A stretch of 50,912 nt of DNA, taken from positions 1 to 50,912 of the forward strand of contig DYIZ01000025.1 of assembly GCA_020723385.1 (NCBI GenBank), in the 5' to 3' direction. How positions within the stretch are numbered: position 1 is the first letter of the stretch; each line of letters begins with the position of its first letter. The translations under genes and the position numbers were made by a program. The stretch comes from Candidatus Aquidulcis sp. GTDB taxonomy: Bacteria; Chloroflexota; Anaerolineae; Anaerolineales; UBA4823. Below are positions 37,272 to 46,152 of the stretch, piece by piece. Below the pieces are notes generated by a model. The model searched no databases, had not been told where the DNA came from, and worked only from the letters and a program-made list of their open reading frames with translations.

Positions 37272-38276
37272 CTAATGGTTGTTATGGTTGTTACGCGCTT
37301 CCCGCGCCGACGCCGTCAGATTCTGGCGGATTTCCGGGGTCGGTTGGACGCCAGCCTGTTCCATGCCAAGCAGAACCGCGCCCACCACCGGCGGGACGGT
37401 CAGCCGCACCAGGCGCGCCTGCGGCGCTACCGTGTGGATCGCCTGGCGCATGGTCTCGATGAGCTGCAGGCTGCCATCGAACATACTGCCCAAGAGCACC
37501 ACATCGAAGGCCAGCGCTTCGAATTCAAGCTGGCGGATGACAGCATTTGCCAGCTCGCCCAATTCGCGCCCGGCCCAACGGATTAATTCGACGGCTACCG
37601 GGTCTCCCCCGGCCGCGACGCGAAAGATGAGCGGAGCGGCAGATGACCGGATATCATAACGGCCTCCCATTAATCCTTCGAGCAGGTCGGCGTGATTTAT
37701 TGCGCCGGTATGGGCGATGAAGGCATCGGTCAGGGCGGTTGCCGGGCTGCGTTTGGTCCAGGCGCGCGCCACTGCCCGCACAGCCTCGAAGGTCAGCTCG
37801 GATGCGCCCGCGCCCTCGCCCATGTCAATCCCCCCGCCGGTGACGCGCCCCACCCGCTGGCGGGTGCGGTCCCATCCCCAGCAGTTACAGCCCGTTCCGG
37901 AGACGACTGCTACGCCCCATCCATCGGCTGATCCTGCCAGAACACCGGGCAGGGCGTCGTTGACGATCTCGATGGGGCAGGTGAACCCCAGGCTGCGGAT
38001 CGCTCCCAGGGTGTCTGCGCGCTGCGAGGGCCAATCGAACCCGGCGATGCCAAAGCCTGCCCCGGCGATAAGATCGAACGAGCCGCCCAGGTATGAAAGG
38101 GCCTGCTCGCCCGCGGTGCGCAGAATAGCAGCCATGCCGTCATATCCGACCATTTCAGGGTTGCCCGGCCCGGCCTCGCCGAATCCAACCGCCCGGCCTG
38201 TCTCGTCCGCGATGAGTACGTGGGTTTTGGTTCCGCCAATGTCGGCGCCGAGGAAGTATTGTGAGGGATGGGTCAT
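37272..38276 (-). CDS. BadF/BadG/BcrA/BcrD-type ATPase; putative N-acetylglucosamine kinase
   Basis: 334 aa starting MTHPSQYFLGADIGGTKTHVLIADETG. Sugar-kinase / ASKHA fold. Confidence 0.7.
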   Translation of the reverse strand: MTHPSQYFLGADIGGTKTHVLIADETGRAVGFGEAGPGNPEMVGYDGMAAILRTAGEQALSYLGGSFDLIAGAGFGIAGFDWPSQRADTLGAIRSLGFTCPIEIVNDALPGVLAGSADGWGVAVVSGTGCNCWGWDRTRQRVGRVTGGGIDMGEGAGASELTFEAVRAVARAWTKRSPATALTDAFIAHTGAINHADLLEGLMGGRYDIRSSAAPLIFRVAAGGDPVAVELIRWAGRELGELANAVIRQLEFEALAFDVVLLGSMFDGSLQLIETMRQAIHTVAPQARLVRLTVPPVVGAVLLGMEQAGVQPTPEIRQNLTASAREARNNHNNH

Positions 38277-38378
38277 GGGATGAAGATGGCAGGGTGGGCG
38301 GTTGATTGGGGCAGAATGAACGTAATGCGTAAAACGTGAAACGTAATTCGGTAGTTTTTACGCATTACGTTTTACGAG

Positions 38379-39671
38379 TCATCTCCAAAACTGAGGTAAA
38401 TAGGGCCGATGCGTTTCCAGCATATCGTCGAGCACTGCCTGGATTTTATCAGCTTTGGGGCCGAGCGGGTGCGCCAGCAGCGCCTGGTAAGCGGCGTCGC
38501 GGTCGCCGTGGACGGCGGCTTCGACGGTGATCTGTTCGAAGGATTTTACCTGCGCCACCAGCCCGAAGCAAGACGGCGGCAGGGGATCGGTGGGGATGGG
38601 CTGGATGCCGCTCTTCCGAACGGTGCAGGGCATTTCCAGCACCCAGTCTGCGGGCCAGCCGGGCACTGCTCCGCCGTGGCGGGTGTTGACGATGTGGGTT
38701 TCGCCGCGGTCGTTGAAATGCGCGTCGAGCAGTTGGGTGGCGACGGTGGAGTAGTACGCGCCGCCGCGTTTCATCAAGTCGGCGGGCGGTTCGGAGAGGC
38801 TAGGATCGGCGTATTCGTGCAGCAAATCTTTCTCGACAGCCATGACTTCCTCAGCGCGCGAGGGCGGCCACTGCTGCTGCTCGGCCAGCTTGTGATCGGT
38901 GTTGTAGTAGTAGTGCAGATAATAATTCGGGATCATGCGCAGCGTCTCGATGGTGCGCGGCTCCCACTCGGGTTCGGGAGTCCCTTTCAGTTCCGAGAGA
39001 TAAGATTCGATCACCCGCGGCCAGACATCCTCGCCATCGAGGGTGAATCCTCGGTGCCAGGAGAGGTGATTCAGCCCGAGGGTTTTCAACTCGGCCCGGC
39101 TGGGATCAATCGTTCCGCCGAATTGTTTTTCCAGCTCGGCGAGGATCGTCATTTTGGCGGTAATCGGCACGTTGCACACGCCAACGGCGGGCACATCGGG
39201 CGCGTATTTCGAGATGGCTTGCGTCACCAGCCCGGCCGGGTTGGTGAAATTGACCAGCAGCGCGCCGGGAGCCAGGGTGCGCATATCGGCGGCGATATTG
39301 AGGATCACCGGAATGGTGCGCAGCGCCTTGGCCATGCCGCCCACGCCGGTGGTCTCCTGGCCGATGAGGCCGTGGCGCTGCCCCAGGTATTCGTCTGCCC
39401 GGCGGGCGGGCATCTGACCGACGCGGAGCTGCGTGGTGACATAGGATGCGCCGCTCACGGCGGCTCGTTGGTCGGTGGTCAGAACCACCTTGAAGGGAGA
39501 GCCTTTGGCCGCGACCATCCGTTGGGCAAATCCGCCGACGATGGCGAGGCGTTCGGCGTCAATATCCATCAGCCAAAGCTCGGAGAGCGGGAAAGTCTGT
39601 ATGCGGGCGAGAAATCCGTTGACGAGTTCGGGGGTGTAGGTGGAGCCACCGCCAATGACAGTGACTTTCAT
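38379..39671 (-). CDS. Glycoside hydrolase family 4 (NAD+/Mn2+-dependent 6-phospho-glycosidase / glycosidase, ChbF/AglA-like)
   Basis: The start is taken at MKVTVIGGGSTYTPELV (ATG at 39671, overlapping the permease stop). GH4 N-terminal Rossmann region and the central C-N-V-P motif (GVCNVP) are present. Confidence 0.85.
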   Translation of the reverse strand: MKVTVIGGGSTYTPELVNGFLARIQTFPLSELWLMDIDAERLAIVGGFAQRMVAAKGSPFKVVLTTDQRAAVSGASYVTTQLRVGQMPARRADEYLGQRHGLIGQETTGVGGMAKALRTIPVILNIAADMRTLAPGALLVNFTNPAGLVTQAISKYAPDVPAVGVCNVPITAKMTILAELEKQFGGTIDPSRAELKTLGLNHLSWHRGFTLDGEDVWPRVIESYLSELKGTPEPEWEPRTIETLRMIPNYYLHYYYNTDHKLAEQQQWPPSRAEEVMAVEKDLLHEYADPSLSEPPADLMKRGGAYYSTVATQLLDAHFNDRGETHIVNTRHGGAVPGWPADWVLEMPCTVRKSGIQPIPTDPLPPSCFGLVAQVKSFEQITVEAAVHGDRDAAYQALLAHPLGPKADKIQAVLDDMLETHRPYLPQFWR

Positions 39672-39672
39672 G

Positions 39673-40761
39673 TTATTTCTCCACGCCCGTGAACACAATC
39701 CCTTTGATGAAATAGCGCTGCGCGAAGATGAAAAGCACCATCGGCACAGCCAGCGCCAGCAGGGATGTGGCCTGGGTCAGGTTGGGATTCGTGTTGTGGA
39801 TGCTGTTGAACTTTTGCAGGCCGACCGAGATCGGCTGCAATTCCGGTTTGTTGGTCAGGTAGATCAGCGGGCCGAAAAAGTCGTTCCAGGCCCAAACGAT
39901 GTGAAACGTGCTCAGGGCGATGATGGCCGGAGCCATTTGCGGCAAAATGATCGAGACCAGAATGCGCACCGGCCCCGCGCCGTCGAGCATGGCGGCTTCG
40001 TCGAGATCACGTGGAATGGACATGAAGAACTGCCGCAGAAAGAACACATCGAAAGCATTGGCAAAGAAAGCCGGCACAATGAGCGGCAGCCACGTCCCAA
40101 CCCAGTGAATTTTTACGAAAAAGGCATAAGTGGGGATCACGGTGACGCTGCTTGGCAGGAATACCGTTGCCAGGAGCAGCGTGAACAGGAAATTCTTGCC
40201 CGGAATGCGGAAGCGGGCGAAGCCATAGGCTACCAATGTACACGAAATGAGCACGGCGATCTCGGTCATGATAGCGTAGAACAGGGTATTCCTGAACATG
40301 CGCGGGAAGTTGATCTGTTTCCAGCCGGTGACGAAGTTCTCCCAATGGGGGGCGAACGACCAGGGGCGTTCCAGCGACCGCCACGAGCCAGACCATTGGA
40401 TCGGCTCGGCATCGGGATTGGCAGGGTCAATGAAGGCGCTTTCGGTCAGTCCCTTTTTGAACAGCGCCAGGTTTTCAATCCCATCTGCGGTGGGGACTTT
40501 ATAAATGTCGTATTCTTCGCCATTGTATGTGATGGTCGGCGCGCTGGCAGGCCACGGGGGCGCGCCCAGTGCGCTCATCTGCTCTTTGGTTTTGAGCGCG
40601 GTGAAGATCATATACAGAAACGGTGACAGGAAGAGCGCCAGAAACGCCACGGCCAATCCCGTCACGATGACGCTTTTCAAGGATTCCCGCAAGGCGCGTG
40701 TGGAGCGGGGGCGTTTCGAGGCGGAACGAGTCGAATTGAGCATGCGGGAGACCATAATCAT
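39673..40761 (-). CDS. Carbohydrate ABC transporter permease (MalG-like)
   Basis: 362 aa, multiple transmembrane helices. Confidence 0.85.
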   Translation of the reverse strand: MIMVSRMLNSTRSASKRPRSTRALRESLKSVIVTGLAVAFLALFLSPFLYMIFTALKTKEQMSALGAPPWPASAPTITYNGEEYDIYKVPTADGIENLALFKKGLTESAFIDPANPDAEPIQWSGSWRSLERPWSFAPHWENFVTGWKQINFPRMFRNTLFYAIMTEIAVLISCTLVAYGFARFRIPGKNFLFTLLLATVFLPSSVTVIPTYAFFVKIHWVGTWLPLIVPAFFANAFDVFFLRQFFMSIPRDLDEAAMLDGAGPVRILVSIILPQMAPAIIALSTFHIVWAWNDFFGPLIYLTNKPELQPISVGLQKFNSIHNTNPNLTQATSLLALAVPMVLFIFAQRYFIKGIVFTGVEK

Positions 40762-40777
40762 TACTCCGGGGCTGTAA

Positions 40778-40850
40778 AGAATCCGCTAATCTTCGCCAAT
40801 CCACGCTAATCCTGGAACGCTTCGCGAAGATTAGCGTGGATTAGCGGATT
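40778..40850. repeat. Copy 2 of the GATTAGCG-decamer element, lying between the two permease genes
   Basis: agaatccgctaatcttcgccaatccacgctaatcc…gattagcgtggattagcggattt. The terminal 12-mers are perfect inverted repeats (aatccgctaatc / gattagcggatt). Confidence 0.7.
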
Positions 40851-40896
40851 TATTACGCTGTATCCAACCTGCATACGGCTGGTGTGCAAAGTGTTG

Positions 40897-41856
40897 CTAC
40901 CGGCTCTCACCGGCGTAAAAGACCCAATATTTCTGTGTCTTGAAAAGAATGAGGGTGACAATCAAAATGATGACAAAAAGCAGCCAGGCCATCGCCGCGC
41001 CGTAACCCAGGTAGCCGTAGGCAAAGAAATTCTTGTACAGGTGGAGATTCAAGAACATGGTCGCGCCGCCCGGCGCGCCGGTGCCGCTGTTGAGCACGAG
41101 GGGGACGAGAAAATATTGGAAAAGCCCGATCACAGAAAGCGTCAGATCATACATGATGACCGGCGAAATCATGGGCAGGGTCACGTTGAACAGCGTCGCC
41201 CACCAGCCGGCGCCGTCCACCTGGGCGGCATCGTATAACTCGGTGGGCACGCCCTGCAAACCGGCCAGGTAGAGCACCAGGCTGTTCCCAACTCCCCACA
41301 ATCCGATGATGACCAGCGCCGGGTAAACCCAGGTAGGGTCGTTGACCCAGGTTGGCGGATTCTGAATCCCGATGGCTTCCAGCGTCTGGTTGACCCAGCC
41401 GGTCTCCGGGTTCAGCATCCCGTTCCAGCCGTAGATCGCCGCCACAAATGGGACAATGGCGGGCATGTAGAAAACCGTGCGGAAGAACGACTTTCCCCGC
41501 AGGTATTTGCTGTTGATCAGCAGCGCCAGCCCGATGGGGATGATCAGCCCGAATGGCAGCGCCAGCAGTGCGTATTTCACCGTCACCAGCAGCGAATCCC
41601 AGACTTGCGAATCCCGCGCCAGCATCTGGTAATTCTCGGTCCCGACGAAGCGCAGCGGCTCCTCCTGCGTGATGGTCAGGTTCAGGAAGCTGAAACCCAG
41701 CGATGCAACCATCGGGATCAGGGTAAACCCCAGGAAGCCGATCAGCCAGGGAGACAGGAAGAGCAAGCCCCAAAGGGCTTCCCGCCGGGCGATGGGCGTC
41801 AGCTTGCGCAGAGACCCTTCGCGGGTCAAGCGTGGAAATTGAGCAAACAGGGACAT
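40897..41856 (-). CDS. Carbohydrate ABC transporter permease (MalF-like)
   Basis: 319 aa, six transmembrane helices. Confidence 0.85.
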   Translation of the reverse strand: MSLFAQFPRLTREGSLRKLTPIARREALWGLLFLSPWLIGFLGFTLIPMVASLGFSFLNLTITQEEPLRFVGTENYQMLARDSQVWDSLLVTVKYALLALPFGLIIPIGLALLINSKYLRGKSFFRTVFYMPAIVPFVAAIYGWNGMLNPETGWVNQTLEAIGIQNPPTWVNDPTWVYPALVIIGLWGVGNSLVLYLAGLQGVPTELYDAAQVDGAGWWATLFNVTLPMISPVIMYDLTLSVIGLFQYFLVPLVLNSGTGAPGGATMFLNLHLYKNFFAYGYLGYGAAMAWLLFVIILIVTLILFKTQKYWVFYAGESR

Positions 41857-41900
41857 GGCTTTCCTTTCGAGCGCGCTCCCCTTGGGATGGCGCCTCCCTG

Positions 41901-41937
41901 GGGTTTGCCCGGCCAGCCCTGCCGACCGGGCAAACCC
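41901..41937 (-). other. Intercistronic hairpin between the binding-protein and permease genes
   Basis: 12-bp GC-rich stem gggtttgcccgg / ccgggcaaaccc. Typical position for a partial terminator or mRNA stabiliser after a binding-protein gene. Confidence 0.5.
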
Positions 41938-42023
41938 ACTCTCTAGGAGGCTGGTATTATTTGGTTCTCTGGGACGTTTTGAGTTTATTTTGCTGGAGCT
42001 ATGCGGCGAATTATGGAAAGCCT

Positions 42024-43460
42024 TTATTTCTTATCGTAAATCGCCTGCAGGTCTGTCTTGAGCTTGGCAATCTCGGCGTCGAGATCCAGCCCAGCGGTGG
42101 TCAAAATCAGGTTGTAGAATTCCCTGGTGCGATTCAGGGATTCGTTGTAGTTGGGGAAGAAGCCTTCGAAGCTTGGGTTATCCGCGTATGCCACGCCATC
42201 CAGCGCTACCTGCCAATCAGGTTTCTGCGGGAATAGCTCATTGAGCGAGTCGAAGAAGGATGTTTGCAGTGACTTGCGTGCGGGGAACGCGCCGTAAGCC
42301 AGTACTAAATTTTTGGCTTCCTCACTCTCGCCGAGGAAGAAGGACAGCACTTCGAAAGCCTCATCGGGGTGTTTGGTGGCCTTGAAGATGCGGAAGGTGT
42401 CCGCATTTAAGTTGGCAGTAATCTTGCCGTTGTAGGATGGCACAACCGCGATATCCCACTTCGTCCCGGCGTTTTCCATGCAGCAGGTGTACCAGAGGAA
42501 GGTAATCCCCATGGCGATCTTGCCAGAGTTGAACGGGTTGCTTGCGCCCCAGGCTTCAGATTGATACAGGGCGTAATCTGGCTGGAAGTGATATTTCCAG
42601 ATGCTATCGTAGGTCCATTTCCAGGCGTCTTCCCATTCTGGCGGGATTTGGGCGGTCTTGCCATCAGTCCCGACCAGGCTGCCAGCGCCAAAGTAAGAGC
42701 CGATGGCGCGCGCATCATCGTGACCCTGCCAAATGAAACCGTACTGGGCAATTTTCTCAGGATCGAAACCTTCCTGATCGGCGGTCTTGCCGTTTTCGTC
42801 CACCGTGAGCTTCATCGCCACTTTTTGAAGTGTGTCGTAGTTCCACTCTTCTTCAGCGCCGTCCGGCCATTTGTATTTTTCGCCATACTTTTTGGGCGGG
42901 TAATTCAACCCGGCCTCATCGAACATTTCTGGCTGGTAGAAGATCATTGAGGGATAAATGGCATAGGGCAGGCCCAGTTGACCCTCCCCGCCTGCGTTGT
43001 AGAATTCGACAGCGCCTTTATCGAAAGCCGAAAGATCGTAATTGGTTTTTTGGATGTACGGCGCGAGATCCAGCCATAGCCCGTGGAACCCTTCTGCGCC
43101 CGACACACCCACCGGCCCGACGATATCCGGCGGGTTGCCCGAAGTGACCTGGGTTGCCAGGGTTTCGTAGGCCTGGGCGTAGAGCACGACTTCCATCTTG
43201 AGCTCGATATTGGGATGCGAGGCGTTGAAGGCATCCACCACAGCCTGCTGCGGGGCTTGCAATTCCGGCGCGTCGCCTGTCCCCAGGCCGACGAACCAGC
43301 GGATTTCGACTTTATCCGAGCCAGACGTTTCTTTCGTTGGGGGCGTGGTCGGCTGAGCGCCTTGATCTTGCGGGGTGGTTTCTGTTGTTTTGGCGCAGGC
43401 GGAAAGCAGCATGGCAAGGACGATCACGATGGTGACCAGGGCAAAAATTGACTTTTTCAT
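42024..43460 (-). CDS. ABC transporter sugar-binding lipoprotein (solute-binding-protein family 1)
   Basis: 478 aa. Signal peptide with lipobox LLSACA. Thr/Pro-rich linker. Confidence 0.85.
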   Translation of the reverse strand: MKKSIFALVTIVIVLAMLLSACAKTTETTPQDQGAQPTTPPTKETSGSDKVEIRWFVGLGTGDAPELQAPQQAVVDAFNASHPNIELKMEVVLYAQAYETLATQVTSGNPPDIVGPVGVSGAEGFHGLWLDLAPYIQKTNYDLSAFDKGAVEFYNAGGEGQLGLPYAIYPSMIFYQPEMFDEAGLNYPPKKYGEKYKWPDGAEEEWNYDTLQKVAMKLTVDENGKTADQEGFDPEKIAQYGFIWQGHDDARAIGSYFGAGSLVGTDGKTAQIPPEWEDAWKWTYDSIWKYHFQPDYALYQSEAWGASNPFNSGKIAMGITFLWYTCCMENAGTKWDIAVVPSYNGKITANLNADTFRIFKATKHPDEAFEVLSFFLGESEEAKNLVLAYGAFPARKSLQTSFFDSLNELFPQKPDWQVALDGVAYADNPSFEGFFPNYNESLNRTREFYNLILTTAGLDLDAEIAKLKTDLQAIYDKK

Positions 43461-43554
43461 TGGGTATTCTCCTCTCTGGGTAAAAACTGGAATTGATGGG
43501 GTGGTTAACCTGGAAAATTATCTCGAGACTTGGGTCCTCCTCCGGTCGAGCCGG

Positions 43555-44577
43555 TTATGAATTGCAGCCGCACGAGCAGCGAATGACGATCTCGGTGGGT
43601 AGCAGTGTCAATGGATTGGCCTGACCTGTGCGGATCAATGACAATAATTGCTGGGCTGCGACACGCCCGACTTCCTCGGTGGGAGCGCGCACGGTGGTGA
43701 GCGGCGGCGTCAGGAAGGGTGCCATGCGCTGATCATCGAACCCGGCTACAGAGACCGCATCGGGAACAGTGATCCCTGCCTCGTTTAGCGCCATCAAAGC
43801 CCCTACAGCAGCCTCATCGTCGCCGGTGAACACTGCATCGAAAATGACGCCCCTCGCCAGGAGCTGCTGCATCGAGTGATAGGCAATCACCCGGTCGAAG
43901 TTCCCGGGAGCGACCAGCGCTGGATCGAATGGTATGTTGTGCTTTTCGAGCGCTTCGCGGTAACCCAATTCACGCCACTGTGAATCTTCCTGCTCGCCCG
44001 GCCCTTGCAGGAACAAGATCCGCCTGCGATTGTGGGTCTCGATGAGATGCTCGACGATGGTGCATGAAGCGGCTTTGTTTTCAACCGTGACGCAAGGAAT
44101 GATCAACCCCTCAGGGGAGGAGCGGTGGATGAGAACCAGCGGAAAATGGCTGGCGGCGAAGCGCTGCATCCCCTCGGCGTCCAGGCTGTCTGCGAAAACC
44201 AGCAGCCCATCGGTGTTGTGCGGTCCAACCGGGAGAGGAAAGGTGCGGCGTCGCTCAGGCTCGCGGATCGAGGAAATGAGCAAATCGTATCCATTTTCGT
44301 AGGTGACGGCCTCGATACCGCTCAACAATGGGGGGAAGAAATCCCCGGCGATATCTACCATCAACAGGCCGAGCGTGTGGGTGCGGTGCGTCGCCAGGCT
44401 GCGGGCGTTGGCCTGCGGCGTGTAGTGAAGCTCCACCATCACCGTTTCCAGCCGGGCGGCAACCTCGGCAGAGACCGGCGCGTTGTGGTTGATGTAACGG
44501 CTGACCGTGGCGACCGATACCCCGGCCTGTCGGGCGACATCGCGAATGGTAGCAGCGGAAGACTTGGTTTTTGTCAT
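43555..44577 (-). CDS. LacI-family transcriptional regulator
   Basis: 340 aa. N-terminal helix-turn-helix (ATIRDVARQAGVSVATVSRYIN) plus a periplasmic-binding-protein-like sugar-binding domain. Confidence 0.9.
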   Translation of the reverse strand: MTKTKSSAATIRDVARQAGVSVATVSRYINHNAPVSAEVAARLETVMVELHYTPQANARSLATHRTHTLGLLMVDIAGDFFPPLLSGIEAVTYENGYDLLISSIREPERRRTFPLPVGPHNTDGLLVFADSLDAEGMQRFAASHFPLVLIHRSSPEGLIIPCVTVENKAASCTIVEHLIETHNRRRILFLQGPGEQEDSQWRELGYREALEKHNIPFDPALVAPGNFDRVIAYHSMQQLLARGVIFDAVFTGDDEAAVGALMALNEAGITVPDAVSVAGFDDQRMAPFLTPPLTTVRAPTEEVGRVAAQQLLSLIRTGQANPLTLLPTEIVIRCSCGCNS

Positions 44578-44589
44578 AGGGATTCCTTT

Positions 44590-44616
44590 TGTAACCGGTT
44601 ACTGTAACCGGTTACA
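44590..44616. promoter_or_regulatory. Tandem LacI-type operators: TGTAACCGGTTACt followed by a perfect 14-bp palindrome TGTAACCGGTTACA
   Basis: Two head-to-tail palindromes share one base. They lie directly between the -10 element and the lacI-family gene ATG. Confidence 0.7.
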
Positions 44617-44644
44617 GTATAGCAACAAAATTATCCCCTGTCAA
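44616..44644 (-). promoter_or_regulatory. Sigma-70-type promoter of the LacI-family gene (TTGACA - 17 nt - TATACT)
   Basis: The minus strand reads cTTGACAggggataattttgttgcTATACTgtaacc…. Confidence 0.6.
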
Positions 44645-44656
44645 GAAGGAGACCGA

Positions 44657-44701
44657 AAATTTGATGTTCGTGTGTGCAGCGCACACACGAACATCAAATT
44701 T
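44657..44701 (-). terminator. Rho-independent terminator after the glycerate kinase gene
   Basis: Perfect 21-bp stem aaatttgatgttcgtgtgtgc / gcacacacgaacatcaaattt with loop agc, followed on the minus strand by TTTTCGG. Confidence 0.65.
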
Positions 44702-44718
44702 TTGGATCATTTCTTTTT

Positions 44719-46152
44719 TCAAAACGCAAATACGAAAGCCAGATCGTTGACGTTGGTTTGCGTCGGGCCGGTTTTGATCAAATCCCCCAGGGATTCGAAG
44801 AAATGGTAAGAGTCATGGCGAGCCAGAAAATCCATTGGGTCGAGGCCTGCCAGCCGGGCGCGGGCCAGCGTCTCGCCGGTGACGACTGCCCCGGCTGCAT
44901 CAGTGGGGCCGTCGCCGCCATCGGTGGCAAGCGTGACCAGGGCCACATCGGTCAGCCCGGACAGATCGGTCACCGCTCCAAGCGCCAGCTCTTGATTACG
45001 GCCCCCTATTCCCCTTGCCCCTATCCCTTTGTCCCCATTCTGGGAAGAAGGAACCGTAAGCGTCACAGTCGTCTCGCCCCCCGCGACGATACATGCCGGG
45101 TGGGGGATTGGCTGCCCGGAAGCAGCGATTTGGCGGGCGACTGCCGCCAGGATTCTCCCAGCCTGGTGCGCCTCGCCTTGCAGGTAGGTGGTCAACAGCA
45201 GGGTGTGGAATCCGTCGGCGCGCGCCTGCTCGAGGGCTGCCTCGGCGGCCTGCCGGTTGCTGCCAATGATGGTGTTTTGGACGCGCTCGAACAGTGGGTG
45301 GCCGGGTTTGGGCGTCTCGGAAATTCTGCCGGCGAGTCCATCCCGAAGGTGGGTGAGGACAGCAGGTGGAATTTCATCGGCTATGCTGTACCGTTCCAGC
45401 ACGGCGAGCGCATCGCCAAAGGTGGTCGGGTCGGGAACGGTGGGGCCGGAGGCGATCACCTCCAGCGGGTCGCCGACCACATCCGAGAGAATCAGCGTCG
45501 CCATCGTGGCAGGGAAGACCCAGCGCGCCAGCCCGCCGCCTTTCACCGTGTCGAGATGCTTGCGCAGGGTGTTGATTTCGTGGATGGTCGCGCCGCAAGC
45601 CAGCAGAGTCCCGGTCAGAGATTGCAGATCGCTCAACGTCAAACCGGGAGCAGGGGCGGTAAACAGCGCCGACGCGCCGCCGGAGATGAGGCAAAGCACG
45701 AGGTCGTCGGGGGTCAGGTTTTGAAGGAGCGCGAGGATGCGCTGCGAGGCGCGTACGCCGCGTTTGTCGGGAAAGGGGTGAGATGCTTCGAAGAGTTGCA
45801 GGTCGCAAGGCCTGCCCTGAGCTTGTCGAAGGGTGGCAGGCGGCAGGTCGCGAAGTTGGGCGGATGCGTGGCCTTCTTTGGTGACGAGAATCCCGCTCGC
45901 CAGCCGATCCCCCACAATGCGAGCGGCGGCGACTCCCATCGGAACGGAGGCTTTCCCCACTCCTACGATCATCACCCGGCGAAAGCGAGTCAGATCATAA
46001 GTCTGTTGACCAATGAATAACGCGGCCCCATCTCGCCGAAGATGTCGTTCCACCGCCGCGGCTGGCTCGACGGCGCGCAGGGCCGCCTCGAGGATGCCAG
46101 TGATTAAATCGCCGCGTTCGGGCGGTATCGAGGCCGGCAGAACGATCTGCAT
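44719..46152 (-). CDS. Glycerate kinase, MOFRL family (glycerate 2-kinase / hydroxypyruvate-reductase-like)
   Basis: MOFRL N-terminal and C-terminal domains are recognisable. A start at 46152 (MQIVLP) would give ATGA overlap with the upstream gene stop; the alternative start is 46170. Confidence 0.8.
   Translation of the reverse strand: MQIVLPASIPPERGDLITGILEAALRAVEPAAAVERHLRRDGAALFIGQQTYDLTRFRRVMIVGVGKASVPMGVAAARIVGDRLASGILVTKEGHASAQLRDLPPATLRQAQGRPCDLQLFEASHPFPDKRGVRASQRILALLQNLTPDDLVLCLISGGASALFTAPAPGLTLSDLQSLTGTLLACGATIHEINTLRKHLDTVKGGGLARWVFPATMATLILSDVVGDPLEVIASGPTVPDPTTFGDALAVLERYSIADEIPPAVLTHLRDGLAGRISETPKPGHPLFERVQNTIIGSNRQAAEAALEQARADGFHTLLLTTYLQGEAHQAGRILAAVARQIAASGQPIPHPACIVAGGETTVTLTVPSSQNGDKGIGARGIGGRNQELALGAVTDLSGLTDVALVTLATDGGDGPTDAAGAVVTGETLARARLAGLDPMDFLARHDSYHFFESLGDLIKTGPTQTNVNDLAFVFAF

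Noticed and set aside
43461-43554. AGGTTAACCT palindrome between the LacI-family gene and the binding-protein gene as an operator
   Set aside because: It is a short 10-bp palindrome unlike the clear TGTAACCGGTTACA operator. This is insufficient evidence.
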